IMG/VR virus record: IMGVR_UViG_3300050821_011122
DNA length: 64,000 nucleotides
Source: an uncultured virus (IMG/VR IMGVR_UViG_3300050821_011122)
Lineage: Duplodnaviria; Heunggongvirae; Uroviricota; Caudoviricetes
Direction: 5' to 3' (one strand)
Translations under genes and position numbers: made by a program
Notes under the pieces: model-generated
Database searches by the model: none
Told to the model about the DNA's origin: nothing
The model's input: only the letters and a program-made list of their open reading frames with translations
Shown here: in pieces, positions 58,327 to 64,000 of the stretch
Layout of the letters: every line of letters begins with the position of its first letter
How positions within the stretch are numbered: position 1 is the stretch's first letter

Positions 58327-58562
58327 TGACGGAAGCGGTGGAGATTGCGCTGATTGTAGCAACGCCCCCCACCTTGGCTGCTACCGCGGCACTGGTCATG
58401 GCTGTTCGAGCGGTGCATAAGATTCAAGAGGTGCATATAGGCATCAACTCTCGCATGGACCAACTGGTGGCGGCGTCTAAGGCCCAAGGGCGGCAGGATG
58501 AACGCGACTCTCATAGCATCACAGTGCAGGGCTTCCCGGAGAGGCCGGATGCGGGAGAATAG
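58326..58562 (+). CDS. Single-TM small protein (lysis cassette)
   Basis: IALIVATPPTLAATAALVMAV...VHIGINSRMDQL. Confidence 0.65.
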   Translation: MTEAVEIALIVATPPTLAATAALVMAVRAVHKIQEVHIGINSRMDQLVAASKAQGRQDERDSHSITVQGFPERPDAGE

Positions 58563-58565
58563 CGT

Positions 58566-58742
58566 GTGTCCCGGAAGTACAACCCGCCGCTCAGGGTGCG
58601 CCCGCAGCCTACGACGCGGGCCGGGTACTTGGAGGAGATCTTCGACCTGCAGCAACTGCGCCCCGGCCAGCCGGAGTTCATGCAATGGTGGATTGACAGG
58701 CGCATTACAGAACTGCAAAAGAAGTTGGAGGAACTGAAATGA
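58566..58742 (+). CDS. Hypothetical protein (58 aa)
   Basis: Not in the ORF track; MSRKYNPPLR...LQKKLEELK; ATGA overlap with the next gene. Confidence 0.55.
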   Translation: MSRKYNPPLRVRPQPTTRAGYLEEIFDLQQLRPGQPEFMQWWIDRRITELQKKLEELK

Positions 58743-59443
58743 TTACCGATAGCGGACTAGAGTTCAACAAGCAGTGGTATGCGATAGCCAATGCCGGCAT
58801 CGGTGGGCCAAAGCCATACATGGCGCCAACCCTGTTCACGGTCACGGACGGCACGGTAAGCAAGTCGGGAGCCTTGGAAGTCGCCATTGCCGGGAGTTCC
58901 TACACGGACATGATGGCGGCAACCCACCGTCCGCTGATGCCCGTGTTCGATCCGAGCCGCATTTACTACTCGTTCTCGTACAACATAAACCTCGATCCGA
59001 ACGCCCCAACTCAGGGCCAGGCTCTGGAGAGCGAGGCCGTTCCCACGTGGACCGACAAAAACGGGATCTCGTGGCAGTTACCGGGATACTTCCAGATAAA
59101 CATCGAAGAGAAAGGCATGGTGCAGGGCTTCACGACCGCGGAGCCTTGGCTCGACAGCGACAACAGGGTGCAAATTCCGACTCCGGGGACGCCGTACCCG
59201 GTCAAGATCAGCTACATGTGGAACCAAGTGGCTAACACCATATCGCTTCCCGGCTTCAAGGCCAATGGCGTCAAGTACGCGATGCCGGCCGCCTTCCAGA
59301 ACGTTCCGGCGTTGGCGAAGAACACCGTGCCCAACGTGGACACGTGGCAGCAGGGAATGTACGTCCAGCTACAAAGCGACCTCGCTTCCAAGGGCGGGTC
59401 GATGACGAACAAGTATACGGGCATTGAGCTAAACTGGGAGTGA
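58739..59443 (+). CDS. Hypothetical beta-rich protein
   Basis: GGAGG RBS; aromatic beta-strand pattern. Confidence 0.75.
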   Translation: MITDSGLEFNKQWYAIANAGIGGPKPYMAPTLFTVTDGTVSKSGALEVAIAGSSYTDMMAATHRPLMPVFDPSRIYYSFSYNINLDPNAPTQGQALESEAVPTWTDKNGISWQLPGYFQINIEEKGMVQGFTTAEPWLDSDNRVQIPTPGTPYPVKISYMWNQVANTISLPGFKANGVKYAMPAAFQNVPALAKNTVPNVDTWQQGMYVQLQSDLASKGGSMTNKYTGIELNWE

Positions 59444-59447
59444 ACGC

Positions 59448-59873
59448 ATGCTGACCTACGAGCAGAACACTGGCCAGCTGTACGACGCGGGCATGAATCC
59501 TTTGGGCGCGCCCGGCTACAGCGGCCACCCGCCGCACGTGAACGACCCGGCGGCGCAGGGCATGGTGGACGTGGGGCCCATTCCCGCGGGCCTGTGGAAC
59601 ATGGTCAGTATGGTCACCGAGGGCGCCGCGCAAGGGCCGTACGTGATCGTGCTGCGCCCGGCCAGCGGGGAGTTCCGCGCGGCCATACTGGCCATGGGGC
59701 GCAACCCGGACACTTTCCTGTGCCACGGGGACCTGGTAGAAAGCCCGGGCGCCGAGCTGGCCAGCGACGGCTGCATCATACAGCCGCGCATGGTCAGGAT
59801 AGAGATGTACAACGAGCCCGACAAGCAGCTAAACGTGGTACCAACCGTCACAATACAAGGAGCTACAATATGA
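59448..59873 (+). CDS. Tlde1/DUF2778 L,D-transpeptidase-fold protein; candidate endolysin
   Basis: TYEQ.TG, GYSG, N.P, GPIP.G.W, FLCHGD, ASDGCII. Confidence 0.8.
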   Translation: MLTYEQNTGQLYDAGMNPLGAPGYSGHPPHVNDPAAQGMVDVGPIPAGLWNMVSMVTEGAAQGPYVIVLRPASGEFRAAILAMGRNPDTFLCHGDLVESPGAELASDGCIIQPRMVRIEMYNEPDKQLNVVPTVTIQGATI

Positions 59874-60451
59874 AATTCAACAAGCAAGTGTTCTGGAAGC
59901 TAATCGGCGTCTTCGCGATCCTGGATTTGATCATTCTAACGACCGGGTGCGCGGACTGGGAATCACAAGCCTCAAGCATCATCACGTTATTGGGACCGGC
60001 CATTCAGGCGGCCATCGCAATCCTCGCCGCCTTCGGCGTGGGCGTCAGCGCCACGGTGCAGGAGCAGTTCGCCGCGTGGTCGGCGCAGGCCCAGACAGAC
60101 CTAGTCACCATCAAGGGGCTTATCAGCCAGTACCAGGCCGCCGCGGCCAGCGCCCAGCCCGGCATCTTAAACGAGATCATCGCCGTGGTGGGCACCACCA
60201 ACACGAACCTGAGCAGCATCCTGACGGCGCTGCACGTGACGGACGCCACCACGCAGGCGCGGATTGCGGCGGTGTTCGCCGCAATCACGGGCATGCTGAC
60301 GGCCATCGTCAACCTGGTCCCGGCGGTGCAGGGTCAGGTAAGCACGGAACGGCGCCTGGAGCTGTACAAGCTGTTCAAGAGCAAGGCCAGCCAGTTCAAG
60401 TCCACGTTCAACGCGGCGGCGGGCGTGTTCGGCAAGCAGTACCAAATATAG
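59870..60451 (+). CDS. Helical lipoprotein; spanin candidate
   Basis: AAGGAG RBS; hydrophobic signal ending LTTG-C. Confidence 0.7.
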   Translation: MKFNKQVFWKLIGVFAILDLIILTTGCADWESQASSIITLLGPAIQAAIAILAAFGVGVSATVQEQFAAWSAQAQTDLVTIKGLISQYQAAAASAQPGILNEIIAVVGTTNTNLSSILTALHVTDATTQARIAAVFAAITGMLTAIVNLVPAVQGQVSTERRLELYKLFKSKASQFKSTFNAAAGVFGKQYQI

Positions 60452-60492
60452 AGCTTGTCCCCGGCTTATCGGGGGAGGGCCGGGCAAGGAGA

Positions 60493-60520
60493 ACGGGACC
60501 AACTTACATGTTGGTCCCGT
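60493..60520. terminator. Hairpin between the convergent late and early units
   Basis: ACGGGACCAAC-6 nt-GTTGGTCCCGT, 11-bp perfect stem. Confidence 0.6.
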
Positions 60521-60566
60521 CTCTATCTCATCCTCTTCATCGACTCCGCCGCCGTAGTGCCTTTAC

Positions 60567-61211
60567 TCATCTTTTGGCCTCCCCCCTGCCTCTGGGTCCA
60601 GAAACCATGCTCTTGTATGCCGCTAGGATGGGTTTAATCTCCGGCGGATGGTACCCGGGGCCCTTGCTGATCTTGCCCCCATACTTCAGACCGGCGTCCA
60701 AGGGGGTAGACACCAGCTCTTTCGACATGTTCGACTTGTGGACTTCTGAGAAAATCTGGTGGTAGGGGAAGTCAAACACGCAACTGACTGCGTAAGCGGA
60801 TCTAAATAGCCCGATGGTGGCCTCCATCAACCGCTGCGGCTCATCTTGGTGGATGGCACACGCTAAGTTCCCGAGTTCCGACACAGCGTGGAAAATTCCC
60901 CTGCGCCGGGCCCAGAGGTTGACGACTGTTTGCCGTTCCTCAACCTTCGGTTCTGTCCAAATATCGTCAAGACCAAGTCCGCAGGTGACTGATGTCCCAG
61001 CCAGCACGTAGCCGAGGTCAGCCGCCGCGTCCGCGATCAAAACCACATTCAGCGGCTTCTCGTTAAGGGCCTCGGCCAGCTCGCCAAGTTCCTCTGCGAT
61101 TAACCTTAATCTTAGCAGCCTGACAGCTGCACTCGGGCTGCCATGCTCAGTAAAGATCCAGTGCTGGAATTTTTCGTGAAACTCAAGAACCATCTCCTCG
61201 TAGCCGATCAT
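60567..61211 (-). CDS. MazG/PRA-PH-like NTP pyrophosphohydrolase
   Basis: VLEFHEKF, LRLRLIAEELGEL, DAAADLGYV, EVHKSNMSK, KISKG. Confidence 0.85.
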   Translation of the reverse strand: MIGYEEMVLEFHEKFQHWIFTEHGSPSAAVRLLRLRLIAEELGELAEALNEKPLNVVLIADAAADLGYVLAGTSVTCGLGLDDIWTEPKVEERQTVVNLWARRRGIFHAVSELGNLACAIHQDEPQRLMEATIGLFRSAYAVSCVFDFPYHQIFSEVHKSNMSKELVSTPLDAGLKYGGKISKGPGYHPPEIKPILAAYKSMVSGPRGRGEAKR

Positions 61212-61645
61212 AGTCGATCCTCTTTCATGTGCAGTTTCAATACCCTTAACAGGGTTTCAAAGTCCTTTAGATTCGAGCAGTGCTTCGTCAGGTCGAGCAG
61301 CAGGTTCTCTCGGCAGGCGCTAGCCACTGAAACCCCGGAGTTGACGTAGGTCCACCACTGCTCGCTGTCAGTCAGGAAAATGATGTAATAAGATCTTCCG
61401 TGCAAATCCAATAATCCCATGGTCCTGGACTGTGGCTTTCCGAAGTCGACGATCTTGCGAAGATCGAATAACTTAGGCCTTTTGAATTTAACCAGTTTGA
61501 CCTCAACCCACTGTGTCAAGCCGCCAGAGGTGACTGAAAAGTCAGGCACTCCAATTGTAGATAAGTCAGAGTGCTTGATGATTAGACCACGCAGTTTCTC
61601 TCGCAAGAAACTCAGCAGTTGAGATGTTACCTGAGCCTCATTCAT
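61208..61645 (-). CDS. PD-(D/E)XK nuclease (VRR-NUC/resolvase-like)
   Basis: MNE..., GVPD, WVEVK. Confidence 0.8.
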   Translation of the reverse strand: MNEAQVTSQLLSFLREKLRGLIIKHSDLSTIGVPDFSVTSGGLTQWVEVKLVKFKRPKLFDLRKIVDFGKPQSRTMGLLDLHGRSYYIIFLTDSEQWWTYVNSGVSVASACRENLLLDLTKHCSNLKDFETLLRVLKLHMKEDRL

Positions 61646-63512
61646 ATTTCCTCTTCAATGCCTCGTAATCTTTTTCCTTGGCCTCAGCCCAGTTTCTGCC
61701 GCTCCCAACCTCCCACAGAATTGGCACTCTGAACTTCGTGGACTGCTCATTCAGGAGCTCCTCAAACCGAGAGGCGTAAGCGGGGTCGGGCGGCTGGTCT
61801 CCATCTAGCTCATCATGGACCGGATACCTAGCAGTCAGTTGAAGGTCCTTACGATTATCGTAAACTTCTTTAATCTTCTTCTTCATCACGTCCCCGGCAG
61901 TACCCTGCAGTACCCTGTTCAGCGCTGAGTGCGGCTTGTACTGAATCTCCTCAATCTGCCGGATCTTAGGATCTTTTGAACTTGGCTTCACGAACCTTGC
62001 CCGTCTCCCCAGGTAGGTCTTGACGTAGCCGCGTTCGTTCGCCAGCCTCGTCGCCTGGTCTAAGAGCACCTGCACCTCTGGGAACTCCTGGTCATATGCA
62101 TCGACAAAGACGTCTGCCTTCTTCCTCGGCAGCCCAAGCTCAGATGCCACCTTCGCCCTGCCACCTCCATAAACCTTTGTGAAGTTCATGGTCTTCGCGG
62201 GCTGCCTGTCAAAGTCCGGGATTACCATCCGAATCAGATCACGAACCTTGTCGTGGAAGTCAACCCTTGGGTTATCGCGATAAGCCTGTAGCAGCTTCTC
62301 GCTCTTCGCATAGTGGGCGAAGAGGCGGAACTCGATTTGCGCGGCGTCAGCCGCCACGAACACCTTACCAGGCTCCGGGATGAAAAGCTCACGGATAATC
62401 CAGTCAGGCCCCACCATCTTCAGTTGGTCTTTCACCCGCATTACCTGCTGGAGATTCGCCCCCGCCCGCTGCGAGGGCGCCGCCATGCTGAACCTGCCAG
62501 AGATGGTGCCGTAGTTCTCTTCAGTAGATCGAAGTTGGTGGAGGCTGTACCTCAGGATGTTCTTGCTGTCCAGCGCCTTCAAGTACTTCACCAGGTACTT
62601 CGACAGCAGGCTGTCAAGCCGTCTGACCTTCAGTGCCAGCTGGACGTCATCATTCTTTACTTTTTCCAGGAAGTCGGCCTCGAAGCTAGCACCCCCTTTT
62701 GAGGTTGAAGGATAAGACAGGCCATGGTACTTGAAGAGCCTGACCATGTCGTCGCCGGAGTTCGGGTTCACTTTGAATTTTACCCGTTGTGAGAGCTCGA
62801 TGGATAGTGAACTTACCCTTGTCTGAACCTCCCGAACCCAGCGCTCAAGCTTCGGCCTGTCTATCAGGGCGCCATTGCGCTCCATCTCAACCACGGCATA
62901 GATGATGCTGTCCTCGAGGTCTAAAACTTGTTCTAGTTCCTCCGCCTTAATTTTAGCTTGAAAGAATAAATCAAGATCACGAACGTCCACAGCGTCCTGC
63001 TCTGCATAGGGACCAACCGCCCCAGCCGGCATTTCTGAGATGTGACCACGTTCTTCTTTCCTTATGTCGTCGCTCTTATGGCGGCCAAGGAAATCAAGCA
63101 GCAGCTGGTTAAGGTTAAACCGCTGCCGTCTTTCATCCAGCAGGGCTGCCGGGAACGCCACGTCATGGACCCGGCAGCCAAGCTCTTCGAGGTTGATGCC
63201 GCTGTTAAGCAGGCAGTGGACGTCATACTTAGCGTTGAGAAAGACGAGATCCTTGCCATGTAGTTCCACCATCCACCGCTTGAACTTCTCAACGTCTGGC
63301 TCGTAGAACTTAGTGCCGTCTTCAAGACAGCAGCTGACTCCAATTACCCGCGCCTTCAGGGGATCCTTGCTCGTGGTCTCCGTGTCCATCCAGATTCTTT
63401 TATGATTGACCAACGGAGGTAAAAACTCAAGAGGATGCCAGTTAGGATCCACCTCCATGACCGGGGCAAACAGGCTGAGGCCCCGGTGGTCTTTGTGTGG
63501 GAGGCGGCTCAT
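61638..63512 (-). CDS. polA: Family A DNA polymerase with 3'-5' exonuclease
   Basis: DTET, NAKYD, YAEQD; DAAQIEFR, RQPAKTMNF..VYG, VHDE. Confidence 0.95.
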   Translation of the reverse strand: MSRLPHKDHRGLSLFAPVMEVDPNWHPLEFLPPLVNHKRIWMDTETTSKDPLKARVIGVSCCLEDGTKFYEPDVEKFKRWMVELHGKDLVFLNAKYDVHCLLNSGINLEELGCRVHDVAFPAALLDERRQRFNLNQLLLDFLGRHKSDDIRKEERGHISEMPAGAVGPYAEQDAVDVRDLDLFFQAKIKAEELEQVLDLEDSIIYAVVEMERNGALIDRPKLERWVREVQTRVSSLSIELSQRVKFKVNPNSGDDMVRLFKYHGLSYPSTSKGGASFEADFLEKVKNDDVQLALKVRRLDSLLSKYLVKYLKALDSKNILRYSLHQLRSTEENYGTISGRFSMAAPSQRAGANLQQVMRVKDQLKMVGPDWIIRELFIPEPGKVFVAADAAQIEFRLFAHYAKSEKLLQAYRDNPRVDFHDKVRDLIRMVIPDFDRQPAKTMNFTKVYGGGRAKVASELGLPRKKADVFVDAYDQEFPEVQVLLDQATRLANERGYVKTYLGRRARFVKPSSKDPKIRQIEEIQYKPHSALNRVLQGTAGDVMKKKIKEVYDNRKDLQLTARYPVHDELDGDQPPDPAYASRFEELLNEQSTKFRVPILWEVGSGRNWAEAKEKDYEALKRKYE

Positions 63513-64000
63513 CCGACCTCGTACTTACTTGTATAGTTGCCAAGCTTGCGATAGCCGACGTTTGCAACTCTTACCTCCATGCCGGGCTTTCTCAGTAGTA
63601 GCTCGAGACCCCGGTGGTCAGGGTAGTCTTCTAGTGCATAGACATAGGTGACGGCGGTCTGTAGTATAAGTTTTGCACAGCTGTGGCACGGCAAATTGGT
63701 GCAGTATAGGCTCTTCGCTAGCCGTGGATCCGGCAGCCAGACCAAACAGGAAGCTTCCGCGTGATTCGCCTCGCAGTTGCTGCTTTCATTCCCCGCGTCC
63801 CCGGAGACCGCGGAACCAGGCGCGGCCCCCGGGTAGCAGGGGTTTCCCTCGTTACAGTGAGGGAAGCCGGGGGCAACTCCATTGTAGCCCAAAGACAAAA
63901 GTCGATTGTTCTCGTCGACAATCAGGCAGGCCGTTTGGCGTCGGACGCAGGTGCCGCGCTGCTGAAGGGCCTGGAGGACTAATGCCCAACCTTCATCTCT
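63509..64000 (-). CDS. dCMP deaminase (5' partial)
   Basis: Frame open to the window end: RGTCVRRQTAC...LGYNG...HAE...PCHSC. Confidence 0.9.
   Translation of the reverse strand, partial: RDEGWALVLQALQQRGTCVRRQTACLIVDENNRLLSLGYNGVAPGFPHCNEGNPCYPGAAPGSAVSGDAGNESSNCEANHAEASCLVWLPDPRLAKSLYCTNLPCHSCAKLILQTAVTYVYALEDYPDHRGLELLLRKPGMEVRVANVGYRKLGNYTSKYEVG

Overview
The whole window is a tailed dsDNA phage with a contractile tail, probably most of a circularly permuted genome. Both window ends cut minus-strand early genes. Minus-strand early and replication genes occupy 1-13.8 kb and 60.5-64 kb: AEP primase-helicase, SNF2 helicase, family A DNA polymerase, dCMP deaminase, two MazG-like enzymes, a CX5R phosphatase and an envelope-protein cluster. 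An AT-rich divergent control/origin region lies at 13.8-14.6 kb. A plus-strand late operon (14.7-60.5 kb) encodes terminase, portal, DUF2213 protease/scaffold, DUF2184 capsid, sheath, tube, tape measure, baseplate and lysis candidates. Highlights: (1) about 15 kb of the late operon encodes large Thr/Gly/Ser- and Cys-rich fibre-like or beta-helix proteins with Sec signal peptides, which suggests virion appendages folded in the periplasm; (2) a complete circularly permuted (two-piece) tmRNA gene follows the terminase; (3) an apparent 117-bp inversion flips the RBS and signal peptide of one exported gene; (4) a Tlde1/DUF2778 L,D-peptidase-fold protein sits in the endolysin position; (5) a structured leader sequesters the primase RBS. 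No integrase, tRNA, CRISPR array or reverse transcriptase was seen. Family names come from motif recognition and synteny, not database searches.
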